In this document: positions 27,939 through 42,022 of the stretch, in pieces
Layout: every line of letters starts with the position of its first letter
How positions within the stretch are numbered: position 1 is the stretch's first letter
The notes under the pieces: generated by a model
What the model was told of the DNA's origin: nothing
Seen by the model: the letters and a program-made list of their open reading frames with translations, nothing else
Database searches by the model: none
Translations under genes and position numbers: made by a program
Assembly: GCA_035084275.1 (NCBI GenBank)
Contig: CM068749.1
Span: forward strand, 13,640,001-13,704,000
Direction: 5' to 3'
Length of the DNA: 64,000 bases
Source of the DNA: Hydrolagus colliei
Taxonomy: Eukaryota

Positions 27939-30900
27939 TTTCACATCAAGTGGACGTCGCAAACCTGCTGAACAAGCACACTCACAAAACCATATAGAAG
28001 CTGATTACATAACACCTGTCAGCAACAACAAAATTATATTTGTACATTATCTTTCACGCCTGGAGGACTTCAAAAGAACAAATCAATTATCTAAACTACC
28101 AAGAAAATGGAGACATGGAGTTGAACCAATACTAAGATAAATACAGATTAGAACATGAAACCACCAGAAAGGTATCTCAATGTATTAAAACAACATTAAA
28201 GCAAATGAAGAGCACTTAATCACCTTGAAGATTGACCTCCACCTGCATGAAGGAATATATTATATATACTGGGCAAAATGATTCTTCCTTCTAACTGAGA
28301 ATGATTTTGATGATGTGTTCTTATTATGCGAATTTCTTATTACTAGCACACTTTGCTGAAGTCAATACACTTAATGGCAAGAAGAATATCAAAGCTATTG
28401 TTAAACCAATGAAAAAAACAAATGCTCTTTAAGAAGCATGAGTATCAGTACAGATGAAACTAACCACTCAAAAAATAGAAGCAGTTCGGATCAACCAACA
28501 ATCACCAAAAGCAGTACGATTACATGTAAAGCACATATGCATAATGATCGCAAATCAAATGTCTTGCACATAAGGTTCATACATTCTTAAAGGAGAAAGA
28601 GCAGCCAATTCCAAATTGTACTGTATTTTGAAATTTCGGAACATGAATTAGTAGAACTTTGGATTTGGACTTATCTTTTTCACTTTCCACTGACTGGCTG
28701 TTTTACATTAGGAGACTCAGGCTTCAGTAAATACTTGTTGACTAGGGTTATTATTGAATTATACCACTGTTCTTGATCAATTTGCTTATTTCATATATAA
28801 GATATCAATTTCCACGTAGCTTTAGCCTGCAAGAACATTATATTTTAAATTTTAAATGGAGCAGTGTTGTAGAAAATTCAATTTTATCTACAAAACAGTT
28901 TTCAAGCATTTCTTAAGAAGGACCGAGTTCCAAATTTATGACAAAATAATATTTTCAGTTAAGAATATGATGAATTTTAGGCTGATACTGGGCAAGCAAA
29001 GCAAAATTACCTGGGAGAAAAATTTATTTTTAAATTCATAAATGTGTTATTGTGTTAATTTTTTATATTAATCAGGTGGAATTTAAATAGCAGCTAGAAC
29101 TTAAAAAAAACTTAATTATTTCAAATGGTGTGCCATAATTAACTTTATAAATGTGAGTTAATGAATGCATATGAATTCAAATTGAGCATTTCCATGGACA
29201 CGGCATAAAAGCAAGCAATATATAATAATTTGGGGCTATCTCAACTCAGTTATTTGTGAATGAAATGTACAAGGGAAAAATAAAGACTCAAATTTAATTT
29301 AGCACAAAGGGGGCAGAGTTACTCCTCAAGGCCATAGGGTTGGCTTGTGTGGGGAATCGAAATATCAAGTTACTCTCTAGAAACTACTCTCCTGGGGCTG
29401 GGGATAATTCACAATTTTGAGGCAGTGTGAAGTTAGTTTTACCGAGCATGCAATGCATTATGTACTAGCCTGGGAGTGCTTGACACTAACACTAAGTGCA
29501 TAAGGAAGAAAATATTCCATTCTTCATCACCCTGCTGAACGTAACATTAATCACAACCAAAGAAGCATGAGCCTTGATTATCTATTGTCTCTATTTTGGT
29601 TCTAAACCGGGAATTACAATCACAGGAATGTTAATAACATGCAGTTAATAATCCACTTGTTATGTACTTGGAACAAAAATTGCCTCCGGAGCAAAACCTT
29701 GACTACGAAGAAGAGGTCCAAAGGGAAACATTCACTGCAGTACAAATGTACCAATAATTCAACGAGAAGATTGTAATATGCCATGGCAAAACACTTGCCC
29801 ATAGGACTTGGGGTTTTCTAGTGCGGTAGTTATTATCTTTCTTATGCCCACTGCAAGACCTTTAAGTAATTTCTTGGGGGTAAATGTAGGGATGTTATAA
29901 TGGGAGCATTGCTAATCCAGTCTTGACACCGAGCCTGTAAACCATTGCCCCAAACCTAGGACCAATCCACATCCAATAATTGTGCACTGATACCGCTCTA
30001 ATCTAGTATGACAGTTTCTGCCAAAAATGTACTAGGTCTGATACATATGAATAATCAATGGTGAAAAGCATAACATTTTAGGTGAGGATTCTTTCAAGGC
30101 CGAATTCTCTGGAATTGTATGCTACTTTGATTCACCTGAGACCGACACTTGAATAATTCTTGATTTATTGAGATAGTGAGGACTAATGAGATTGTCACTG
30201 ATCGAGTCCATTCATGCTTCACTAAAACTGAGCTATGTGGTACATTTTCCAGGTCATTTTCCAGGTCTTCTAGGTTACATTATCTCCAATGTGTGTGATG
30301 ATGCCAGGGGTAGGTCATCAGAAGCGCCCAAATAGAAAATATTTGCAGTTATCTCTGACCAATTGTCCCAAATAGCTTGTAATTGAAATCATTTTCTTCA
30401 AATTGGAAAATACTGGATAATGCACCTTGTGTAATCTGAAAGCGGGAGGCTGCTTCAATTTCAGTTTCTCTGAAAGCCCAAGACTTGAAAATTGTATACC
30501 AGGCAGATAATGTGTCTAGTGGTGTCCAAGACTTTTCTTATTATAGAAAATAGAGCTATTCTCAGAAATGATGCCCTGCTACCGTAGCGCTCACATTATG
30601 TCCACTTGAACCATTATTTTGTGGAGCCAATAGCAATAGGTGCCAATAGTTTAGTCAGTGGTTCGACTCAACCTACTGTCTTCAATGAGAGGGGAATGAT
30701 CTATAAAATGTACCATATGGAGTGCAGTGCTGAACCCAGCATGGGCTAACTGGAGTATTCTTTTTGAAAATTATGTACACATTCTTATTTTAAATCCAAA
30801 CCTTTTGGGTTAATTCCCTGGGGATATTTGGAGTGTCTCTGCAGTCGGTAGAATGGTTACATCTATTAATTGTTCCTACGAAAGAATATCTCCAGGTGAT

Positions 30901-33106
30901 GAAAAAAAATTTGCATTTGATGTAGGATGCTGTCCCAAAGCGCTTCACACCGGAATAACTATGTTTTTGTTACATGAATGAGTTAGCCAATTGAGCAGCA
31001 CATGTGTGACTCAATTGGTAGTTTCAAGGCATGCTATTACATAAGCCTCTCTTTCTCGTTCCAGAGCTGCGCATTTCTATTGTTTTATTTGTAAGTTTCT
31101 GTAATGACTATACTAACATGAATAATAATAATTATTGTATTTGGTAATGGTGTCATCATATCATCAAGATATCTCAAATACTCAGAATGTACTATAAAGA
31201 GTGTAAAGGCTGTGTGAATATTTGTAGATGAACTTGACAGCTGATTTGTGCACAACAATGTCCTACAAAATGTCATGGAGTGGAAGGTCACCGACTGTTC
31301 TTCTCACAAATATTCCCTATACAAATTTTAAAGTTAATTATTTCTAAAAATAACTTTTTTTTACAAAAATGTAATCACATGCCTCCTGGTCCATACCCTT
31401 CTCTATGCTGCATTTCTGAGGTTGTTGGTAGACATGGAATATTTATTTCTCAGCTTTAGCTCCCACTATGGGATAAATAATGTCAGGAGTCTGCTTGTTG
31501 CCTTGGGCATACAGTACAGACAGGATCAGCAGACTGGGTGGTGAGTTTTTTTTAAAAAACACATTACTGAACTAATATATAAATAATCTTTATAAAAAGT
31601 TCATATAGTTGCACTTTCCAGTTGAATATACAATGACAAGGTCACTGCAGGACCAAGTCCTATATTTTTCCTTTATAAAAAATAAAATAAAGCTCCAAGT
31701 GTGCCTGGCCTTTTGATAATTGAATTAATGTAAATCTTTATATTAGCAGTTCATTGCAGCTGTAACATTGATCCAGTTCCTTTTAACCCTGCAATCCAAA
31801 TCCCAAATGGGTAGAATGGTTCTAGCTGGACGAGCAGTGGGAAGCTTTCCAGATAGTGTTCTAATCTGCAAGCTATGCAGTTTAAGATGGTTAAATTCCA
31901 GCACTGCCCAAACACGCACTCTTGGTCCCCAAGCCTTTGCTCTACTAACCTATATCTAAAACTCTCCAGAATTAGGTAAGCAGGGTGCATCCCTCTGAGG
32001 AAAGAGTCTAGTTCTATTTCAGACACTGGAAAATTTCCATGTGTAGTTGGCATATGTATTTACAAAGAATGTACTGTGCAGATGTGCAAAGAACATACAG
32101 CATGGAAATAGGCCATTTGGCTGAAACAGTCCATGCTGGTAACTCTCAGAATTTACATAGAGAACTTAGAACTCAGAACTTACACTCTTAAGCATGGTGA
32201 CAATTTACTGCAAGTAAGATTTACCTGTCTGATTGGTCAGTGTGCAACACAGAGAGTAAAAACTACAATAGTGATGTAGCAGCAGGTGCCTAAGCTTCTC
32301 TGAAGTTTCAGTCTGTACAGTACATAATCTTACAATTAACACAACTAGAGGAATAAAGCAATAACCCTTCCTTCTTGTATATATTTGAGCTTGAGCTTAC
32401 ATTGCTGTTCCACTGAATAAAATTACATGGATGCTGAGTACTGATTCCAAAGAACAAATCCAACTGACACGCAGGGATAATTTTAAGCAACTCATCTTGA
32501 CTAGAGATGGCTTCACATACAGTACAGAAAGAATACATAGAGCTGTCATAGTTCTGCATTTCTCAAAGTGTCAGAAAAATATCTTCCCTCTAAATGGCTG
32601 GAATGCCAGGGAAGCCTGTTGGCACAATTTAGCATATCCAACTCACAAATTTACCGCTCTACACAGTGATGAGCTATTGAAATTTGCAAAAGTGTATTTT
32701 TATCAATTCATCAGATTAACCAAATATTCTACAAGGCAATTGTTGTTAACTTCTCTGTGTCTCCCAGATAGCCTTATTGCTTTCACACTTTAAAATAATT
32801 AGTTTGGAGGACCTACATTTGGTGTACACCTTCACTACTTGTCATTGCTTTACAAGGAACAACTATCTTTCCTCATTGGTGAATAGTGAATGGATTTGAA
32901 ATTGTCTTCTCCTCAGTTTATTTGCTTAATCCAATAATTCCTTCCTGTACAAACAGAAATGCACTGATTTTTCAGAAATGAAATTAAGTGAGTTGTGAAA
33001 CACTATCTATGACGGCTAAAATCTCAACAATGTTAAATTACAATACCCATACACTTAAACAATCTTAGTTGAATAAATTGTAACATGTTTTGCACAAGTA
33101 ATTTTC

Positions 33107-33267
33107 ATAATAATGATCCTTGCATTTGATATAGCGCTTTTCACATCTTCTAGACGTCTCAAAGTGCTTCACAGAATATATTGTAAAATGAATTGACTGT
33201 ATATTTGTGGGTGAAACGCAGCAGCCAATTGCGCACAGCAGGGTCCCACAAACAGTCATGGATTGAA
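33107..33267 (-). mobile_element. Same SINE family, 5'-truncated
   Basis: Tail plus Deu core gcagccaattgcgcacagca...cccacaaacag. Confidence 0.85.
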
Positions 33268-33852
33268 GAATCCAAGAACATAATAATGGTATCGATTATG
33301 AAGTTCCTTTGGCTCATTTGATTTTATCCTTCCAAAATACTCACTTTCCCATCTTCCTATATCAAGAAGTTGTAACTTGAACAGCAATTATTGATTACTG
33401 TAGTTAGAAACAAGGCGTGCCAATTTCAATTTGCAGCTGGAACGAGTACTGTATGTCTGCGTTCATACCATTGAGCTCTGCTGTTCCTCGTATTTATGAG
33501 GATTTTAATAAATGCATTTAAACATAGGTTTTAATAATGGTTTGGAATCAATGCCAACTTGTGCCAGAAAGTAAGATGTTTGATCACATGGGCTGTGTTG
33601 AGCTGCCATCCATTCACTTTTGAAAGTGGTGTAAAGACAGTGAAAAGGATTTCAGGTTTCAGGATGGTAGTTTGAACAGAGACTGAATCCACTGGGGGTG
33701 GGTGGGGGGAATAAAGGAAGCCCCCTATTTTAAACACTGGAAGGAATTGATCATGTAGATGTGAGAAACATGATAAATTGAAACAGCTGCAAGTTTAAAT
33801 TAATTAAAGGAAACCTGTCTTAATATGCTAATCGTACGTGACCTATGGATTA

Positions 33853-33870
33853 GACTGCCACCTAGTGTGC
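33853..33870 (-). promoter_or_regulatory. Candidate CTCF site between the convergent genes
   Basis: Minus strand reads GCACACTAGGTGGCAGTC, close to consensus CCAC(T/C)AG(A/G)(T/G)GGC(A/G)G. Confidence 0.45.
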
Positions 33871-35424
33871 TAAATATAAATTGAATTGAAGCATCAGAAG
33901 GGATTGGATCAATTCTTAATTCAAAGCCAAAACAGTGGGGAAGGAATTATTCACACCTGCAAAAAAATGAGAATGTTTTTGATTCATCTGAAAGAGGAAG
34001 AAATTCTAGCTGAAGTCGCTTTCAAACAGGTATAATTCCACTTCAAAAGGAAATATAAGATGTGTATGATAATCAGAATAATGCTTTGATTTGGAATAGT
34101 GCCTCAAAATATTGTCGAAACATCTCAAAACCTGCACAGGATTTTATTGTAAAGAGTAGTGATTGTTTATAATATTAGAATGCCCTGTCTCATTGACAGT
34201 CGAATTTTAAAGGAGCAGATGGGGAATATGGTTGGTGCCATGTAGGAGCACACATGGCACAGCTGTGTGTGTAGAAGAGGCAGAAAGCTGCTCTTCATCC
34301 AACCACTGAGCTACATACTGAGATGCCTTAGTGAGAGCCCCTCTTGTCCAGGGGACAGGGAGGATTTCCTCCTCAGTATGCAGTACCTCCTCATATTGTC
34401 ATAATAATGAGGATACCTCACCTATGGGGATGAGAAATTCTGTGACCTCTGGGGTCTGCTGGGGAATGAATGCCGTGTCCCTTAGGAGTGACTATGTGGG
34501 GAGGAGACAAAGGCAATAGATGCAGGCATGAAAATGCAAGAGTTATTATTAGTATTTGATGGAACATTGATCTTGCTACGAGCATCCCCCACCCAAGTTA
34601 GGTTCACAGTTGAATTGATTGAAAACAGTTTGAGAGGCTAGAATGCTCCATTGCTGTGGCTGATGTTCTGTGTGAGTCCTCTCCCTTGTTGAGTGCTAAA
34701 AAATCTTTTTATATGATGTGATCGTTATACGATGTGAAAAGCGCTGTATCAAATGTAAGGATGCAAGCAATAGTTTCACTGAATGTCTACCCAATTAATT
34801 GCTTCCTGATAGGTCAGAGGATCTGTGAAGCAGCTTGTGGAGTCATTGCCCTAGATTGGATTGGATGAATATTCATCAAGTGTGTCAGCTCCACAGCAGA
34901 GAAATCGACATGAACTGGGTCTCAATGAGATACTCGCTGTGTTGTCCATTTTCCAGCATCCAGTTGCTTTAAAATCTGACCCCCATCATGTATGAATTAC
35001 ATTGTTTTTAGTCAGCAGCATGCGGCACACACAGAAATCAATCACCATGTTTTAGAAGTCTCTAGATTAAAAGACTGAAAGTTTCACATGTGTAAGGCTT
35101 CTGTTGATATGGAAAGCAGTGATTACTCTCTCCCAATAGGATATACACTGTTATGTAACCCCAGCGAATTTACAAGCTGGAAAGAATCAAGGATTGTTAG
35201 AATTGAACCAGTAACAACAACAACAAAATTACAATGATAGAGCACCTTTCACCTCGTGAGGACGTCTCAAGATTTAGTAAAACCGGAGGCTACTATTAAC
35301 CAGCATTAGTGGGCTTCCTATGGCTTGACCAAGTGGGATCACCCTACCTGTTGGGGTTGTGGTTTCCAGAATTATATGAAGATGAGGGGACAAAGGCCCA
35401 AAATATAGATCCACTCCTTCCAAT

Positions 35425-36955
35425 TAGAATCATAGAATCATAGAATCATAGAATCATAGAATTTTACGGCACAAAAGGAGGCCATCTAGTCTGTGCCGGC
35501 TCTTTGAAAAGAGCGATTCAATCCCACTGCCCTGCCCGCTCCCCATAGCCTAATAGACCCGTTCTCCCTAAATAAAGATCTAATTCCCTTTTAAAAGTTG
35601 TTATCGAATCAGCCTCCACCACCTTTTCAGGCAATGCATTCCAGATTCGAACAACTCGCTGAGTGAAAAAATTTCTCCTCAGCTCCCCTCTACTTCGCCT
35701 TGAAACTATTTTAAATCTGTGACCACGAGTCACAGATTCACCCACGAGTGGAAATAGTTTTTCTCTATTTGCCCTGTCGAAACCTCATGATCTTATAAAC
35801 CTCTATTAGGTCTCCCCTCAATCTTCTCTGCTCCAGAGAGAATAACCCTAGCCTATCTAGCCTCTCCTCATAGCTGAAGTCCCTCAATCCTGGCACCATC
35901 CTAGTAAATCTTCGTTGTACCCTTTCCAATGCCTTCACATCTTTTCTGTAGTGTGGTGACCAGAATTGAACACAGTATTCCAGCTGAGGCCTCACCAAAG
36001 TCCTATAGAGGTTAGTCAGCACTTCCTGACTTTTGTACTCTATACCCCTATTTATAAAGCCTAGTATTCCATATGCCTTCTTAACAGCCTTGTCTACCTG
36101 TCCTTCAACGAGTCACTAACACAAATCCCCAGGTCTCTCTGTTCCTTTACACCATTTAAAATTGTACTATCTAGCCTATATTGCCTCCCTTCATTTCTTC
36201 TCCCAAAATGCATCACCTCACACTTCTCTGCATTAAACTTCATCTGCCATGTGTCTGCCCACTTTACCAATTTGTCTATATCCTCTTGCAGATGGCTACT
36301 ATCCTCCTCACTGTTTACTATTCTCCCTAACTTAGTGTCATCTGCAAACTTGGAAACTGTACTCCGTACACCCAAGTCCAGATCATTGATGTAGATTACA
36401 AACAGCAATGGTCCCAAAACTGATCCCTGTGGCACACCACTGCTCACTTCCCTCCAATCTGAAAAACAGCCGCTCACTACAACTCTCTGCTTTCTATCTC
36501 GCAGCCAGTTGTGGATCCACGCTGCCACTGTCCCTTTTACGCCATGGGCCTTTAATTTCATAATAAGTCTCTCATGTGGCACTTTGTCAAATGCCTTTTG
36601 AAAGTCCATGTAAACTACATCAACTGCGCTACCATTATCCACCCATTCCGTTACCTCATCAAAAAATTCTATCAGATTTGTAAGGCAAGATTTGCCTTTA
36701 ACAAATCCATGTTGACTGTCCTTTATTAGCCTATATCTTTCTAAGTGAAGATCTACCTTGTCCCTGATTATGGACTCTAGAAGTTTGCCCACTACCGACG
36801 TTAGACTGACTGGTCTGTAGTTACCAGGCTTGTCCTTCTGCCCCTTTTTATACAAGGGAGTAACATTAGCTATCCTCCAGTCCTCTGGCACGACCCCTGT
36901 GTCCAAGGAAGATTGAAAGATCGTGGCCAGAGTCCCTGCTATTTCCTCCCGTGCC
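35425..36955 (-). mobile_element. 5'-truncated CR1 LINE: RT domain and C-terminus of ORF2, two frameshifts, 3' (ATTCTATG)n tail
   Basis: ORFs 36094-36960, 35765-36022 and 35518-35745 carry GNYRPVSLTS, YMDFQKAFDKV, GVPQGSVLGP, KFADDTKL and FFTQRVVRIWNALP. (TAGAATCA)x4 at 35425-35462. Confidence 0.95.
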
Positions 36956-37606
36956 AACAAGCTAGCCTAACCAGTCCATCATCAACAATACCCTGGATTA
37001 CTGTGGACCTAACTACTGAGTCAACCACAGACGAAAAGAAACAACATGCCTCATGGCACATGCAGTCTGAACCGTATCAAGATACACTCAATAGAGTTTG
37101 AAAGCATGTGCATGCGGCAGTCAGAGTTAGCACTGATAGCAGTGCAGTGAAAGTAGATAGTAATCAAGTTGTCCAAATTACATTTAGATTAATTACATAG
37201 TTTTAAGTGATGAAAATGTGATTGTAAGCAGAAGGTCCACTTGAGATCTTGAGCTCACAATCTATGGTAACACTCGCAGTTGGGGCATGTTGCATTGTCA
37301 GAGTGAAGTCCTTCAAGATGAGGCATTAAACCTGCTTGTCCGTGTTAATGTTATATTGTCACTGAATTTATAAGACAATAAGCCTTGCATTTGATATGTG
37401 CCTCATGACATCGTAGAAATATCTCAAAAGCACTGCACAGGATTTTTGCTGTATAGTAAGTATAGTAACTCTGTACTTGCAGGCAAATGCAGCAGCCAGT
37501 CGCATAGATAAATGACCCACAAACTTAAGACTATTTCACACATTATTTTTTTAAAAAGGGAGTTTGTTCTGGTGTGCTAGCCAACAATCCTCTTTTTAAT
37601 AACAAA

Positions 37607-37880
37607 AATAATAATCCTTGCATTTGATATAGCCCTGTTCACGCCTTCTAGACGTTCTAAAGCGCTTCACAGAATGTACTGTGAAGTATAGTGACCGTAT
37701 ATTTGGGGCGAAACATAGCAGCCAATTACACACAGCAATGTCCCACACACAGTAATGGATTGAGTGAGCACATTTTTTTCTATTATCAGGCATGTAGAGT
37801 AAGAAAACTTGTCCAAGGTTTTGCCCTGCTGGGAACTGAACTCTTTGTGAATCGTGTGCTCTCACCACTAAGCTACAGGA
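37607..37880 (-). mobile_element. Same SINE family, near full length
   Basis: Tail, Deu core and tRNA-like head accactaagctacagga. Confidence 0.85.
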
Positions 37881-39849
37881 ATCTTCTGCCACATACACAA
37901 TGGGCCAAATGCCTTTTTTTTTGTGCTGTAAATTTCTAGGGTTCTATAGATACACAAGTGATCATTGACTGCAGTTGTTAGTGGGACATTATTATGGGAA
38001 AATTGGCTTCACATTCACGTACAATGCAGCAACTACACTTCACAGAAAACTGTGAAGCCTTTTGTGGTATTTCAATTGGATAAGGTACTCTATCACATAC
38101 AATTAAATTTAAAAAAAATTCCCAGCACCCAAGCAGCATTTAAATTGGGATTTACACTATAATGAGCTTCGGATCCTATAAATTTAAACTCAATTGAAAT
38201 TGCTACATACATATAGACAGAAAGTAATATTTTACTTTAGAAGATTTTTCTTCTCATCAAAGGATGTTAATACTCTTGCAGTTGGAGAGCCAGATATTGG
38301 CACAGTGCCCGGTGATACATTCACTCAATCGATTTATCCATTTGCATTTTTACATGTAAGTTAAAAACTGCCATTATTATCACTCACACAGACAGATTTT
38401 AGACCTTCAGAAATCAAACCCAAACTTATATTCCGAATTTACCCAAGTACTCACTCATCCTCAGGATTCTCTTATTTAGCACATAATTCTTGCTCTATTC
38501 AGATGACTTCCAAATCCGGCATTTTAATGATATTAAAATCTCTGTAGAGCAAATGGACAACTAAAATAAATGGAATTGCTTTCCCGTCGATTTGAGCATT
38601 AGTAAGGGTCATACGCTTGACCAGTGCATCCTTATGGATGGAAGAGTTAATGTCTACTATTTTTAAGATTTTTAAGGTATTTTAAAGACATAATGTCTGA
38701 TCAGTGGAATTAATAATCTGTGATATAGATTTTTAAGCAGATGTTATCAAGATTAGTTGACAGGCAATTGACATCGAGGCTGGGTTCTATAAAACAGCTG
38801 TATTTTCCTGCATTTGTTCTTCTCTTAAGTAACATTCCTGAATTCTGTTTCATCATTATACAGACTTGCTTTACGATTATTTTGGGTAGCAAGATGATTT
38901 GTTTCATAAGTCCTAAAATTCTTTTTTGTTTGACAATATTTCACGGGAAATGTCTGGTCTAACTTCATTGATGCACTCTTCGGTTTCTGTCACTGGATGT
39001 AGAAACAATAACAGCATAATTCTGATACTGCTGATCTACCAGTCAGCTGAGAACATCCTTAAACTCACGAATCATGTGGCAGCATTTCAATGCTAATGCC
39101 TTTAGTGAGTATTTTATTAGAAAAATTAGATGCATGTATTTTTCATGTGTGAGCTGATCTATTACATCAGCAGAACAGGTTATGGATGATGTTGTTGCAA
39201 TGTGCTTATAATGCTAATACTAATTATTATACTGCTGATAGAATTGAAGTGGTAGAGTGTGATGTGAAATAAACCAATTTTAGAAAACGTAAGTGGATAC
39301 TTTATCCTTTTTGTAAAGATCCTGGTATTACTTTCCATTATAAAATTATACAGGATTTAAAATGTCTCTAACTACCTTTTTAAAATATAGATCTTAAAAT
39401 CCAGGCTGATATTCCAGCACAGTGATGGTGGAAGTGCTGCTTTGTTGAAAGGGTCGTCTTTTGGATGCCTCCAGATAGTTATTATAGATCCTGTGATCCA
39501 ATATGAGAAATTTTCCTAAAAGAAACAATCCTCTATATGAATTTGCTTATTTTCCTTGTGGCTGTTTATGCTGGAGCAAATCAGCTGTTGTTTTGTACTT
39601 TGAGACATTTTGACTTAATAAGGTAAAAATGCAAGTTTCTTTCCAATGACATCCACATCTAATGTATTTATTCATTTAATGTCTTATAATGGTTTAGAAG
39701 AAAACAAACCAAACTGGAGTTTCAGATTAGCATCACCCTTAGGAATGTTTAGCTTGTATTATAAGCAGAGCCATTTCTCAGGTATGAAAAGGGCAGCAGC
39801 CCATTGTTATAATAATAGGGATTTAACACTTGATTTCAATACTGTCTCA

Positions 39850-40250
39850 ATGGTTTAGCCACTGCCTGAGTAATGTAGATCTAAACGTTCTCAGATTTAT
39901 GAGACCACAGTCAGTCTGTAATGTGTAAGCTCCTATCAGCTGCTGTAAACCGTTGAACCCAAAGACCCTAGTTTTTTGGGGGAGCGAAACACTGCCTGGA
40001 TTCCAGTTTCCAAGAGTTATCTAGTGACTCCTGCAGCCATGTGCATGTGTGCAATGTTGGGTGGGGATAGGATGAGGTTCAGTCGTGTTGATCTCACAGT
40101 TGATGTCATCTGTCAACAATTACAGTCTAAGGTCAGGTGTCAAGAATGGTCACATTGGCAAGACACCAGATGGTGTTTAGTCCCATGGAACTACCCCACA
40201 GTCTGACAGTGTAATTCAGCACCTTTAGGAAAGGAGAGGTAAAATTGGAG
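39850..40250 (+). mobile_element. Ancient LF-SINE-like relic
   Basis: tatctagtgactcctgc...ggataggatgagg...aagaatggtcac...ggaactacccca...aaaggagaggtaaaattgg. Confidence 0.55.
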
Positions 40251-40839
40251 AGTGTGAAAAACATCAGGATTGCACCATTCACACAAATTTAAAGCTCCAG
40301 TGTGTAAATTAGGGCAGAGTTTGAGAGCCATTAACCTTCCATCATGTCATTTGTGATGCTTATTGTTTCCATATTAACTGACTGACTGACACTGAATACA
40401 TAATTCTTTTGATTACTGACCAGATATTCCTGCAGAGGGTAACTCTTTCAAGCGGCTGTGGTAAATTAAAGTGAGCTTTTTGAAATGTACACGGAGGCAG
40501 CCAAAAAGAATGAATGAGCATACAAATCAATTATAAAATTTGTGTTAAAGAAATAGCAAAATACTGCTATTTTTAGTGATAGCGGCAAATGATGAACCCT
40601 GCTGAAAACCACTAAAGTTTCAAAATGCTGTGCAGGAATGTACAAGGTAAATTGATCATTCTACTAATGCAGTGATGGGTGACCTGTGGTTGCATGTTCT
40701 ACATCGAACAAACATTGTTGAAACACTATAGAAATTTGACCATAACATATCAAATACTATTGTTAATTACAAAGAAGAAACATTAACCATATCAAGCAAT
40801 GAACCAGGATATCACCATTCACTAAAATATGATACCATA

Positions 40840-41792
40840 ATAGCTTATGCAGGAATTTTTATTGTTTTCCAGTGTAAAGCAACAAGAAAACATTTAATGT
40901 CCTTTGGTGGAATCTTATTACACTTTCCATATATGTAAACTGATATTCTTTGATGCCAGCACGTTGCAAATACAGAGGAATCTCTGCACAAGAAAATAAG
41001 ACAAATAAAATTAAATTGTAGAATTCTGCTAATTGCTCAGAATCATACAGTTAACATATATTCATCAACACAAATCAGTATTAATACAAAAAACTACATC
41101 TTACATTATTTTATTCCAAGAAAATAACTTCATTTTAATACAAAAAGAATCAATAAATGCACTAATGCTCTATGATCACCTTGTCAGGAGTTTTCCTGTA
41201 TTGGACTGATGCAGTGTCATTAGATATACAAGAATATGATAGGAGAATAAATCTCATAGGGAAAGGGGGGGAGGGAGAGGAAAGAGGGGGCTATTACACA
41301 AGTGCACCACTACTTAAGACAAATAAATCGTCCAACCAACAAGGGTTACAGAGCAACGTTCACTAAAGCACAGGTTGAAGGGCAGGATTGAAGCCAGCCA
41401 ACAGGCAGACTCTTGATTTCCTTATACCACAATGCACTGACAGCAAAGAATGCCAGCAATTGCTCAGTCCGCACTCAGAGAAATGCCTATGAGTAGTGCA
41501 GCCACTGACATCCTTTATGTTCTCAAAGCTGTATATCCAGTGAAAGCCTTGCAGCTGGACTTGTCATCGCAGTATTAATATTAGTAGCTGCCAACCAGTC
41601 AGAAAACACAGTCTTGACTAAATTCTCTCATGGGATCGATAAATACAGTATGGCTTGGTTGGCTCAGGTCTCGATTAGCATTTTTTTTTCTGGTACAGTG
41701 CTTTATAGGATGTAAATGCTCAATTTTCCGTTGCTGTTTTGTTGCATATTCCCTTAAGCAGCCTGAACTTGAAGCATGTTGACCACTTTTGT
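40840..41792 (-). other. NTNG1: NTNG1 3' UTR with AATAAA (minus strand) at 41110-41115 and 40858-40863
   Basis: TTTATT on + at these positions downstream of the stop; no obvious repeats. Confidence 0.55.
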
Positions 41793-42022
41793 TTAAAGTG
41801 TTAGAAGGCCAGTAAGAGTAGTTAGCAGTGCAGTCAGCAACAGTAGAACGTCGTGTGATGCTGGCGCTGGGACCGAATTTGAGCTACAACCGCCGACGCC
41901 CTTTTCGCATTTGCGCTTCTCACAGAGCACACCAGTAAAAGTAGCCGGGCACTGACATCTCCTATGGTCCAGGCACTTTCCTCCATTCTGGCAGAGCATC
42001 AATTCATTGTCACAGACATTGG
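41793..42022 (-). CDS. NTNG1: NTNG1 terminal exon: EGF-like domain plus GPI-anchor signal (PNVCDNELMLCQNGGKCLDHRRCQCPATFTGVLCEK...LLLLTALLTTLTGLLTL*)
   Basis: Acceptor tctttcag| in phase 1. NVCDNEL-CQNGG-C pattern of netrin-G, hydrophobic C-terminal tail, TAA stop. VAV3 neighbour supports NTNG1 over NTNG2. Confidence 0.94.

Noticed and set aside
27634-28140. ORFs spanning the N run
   Set aside because: Artefacts of the assembly gap.
35425-35462. Regular 8-nt repeat as a CRISPR-like array
   Set aside because: No spacers; it is the CR1 3' microsatellite tail.
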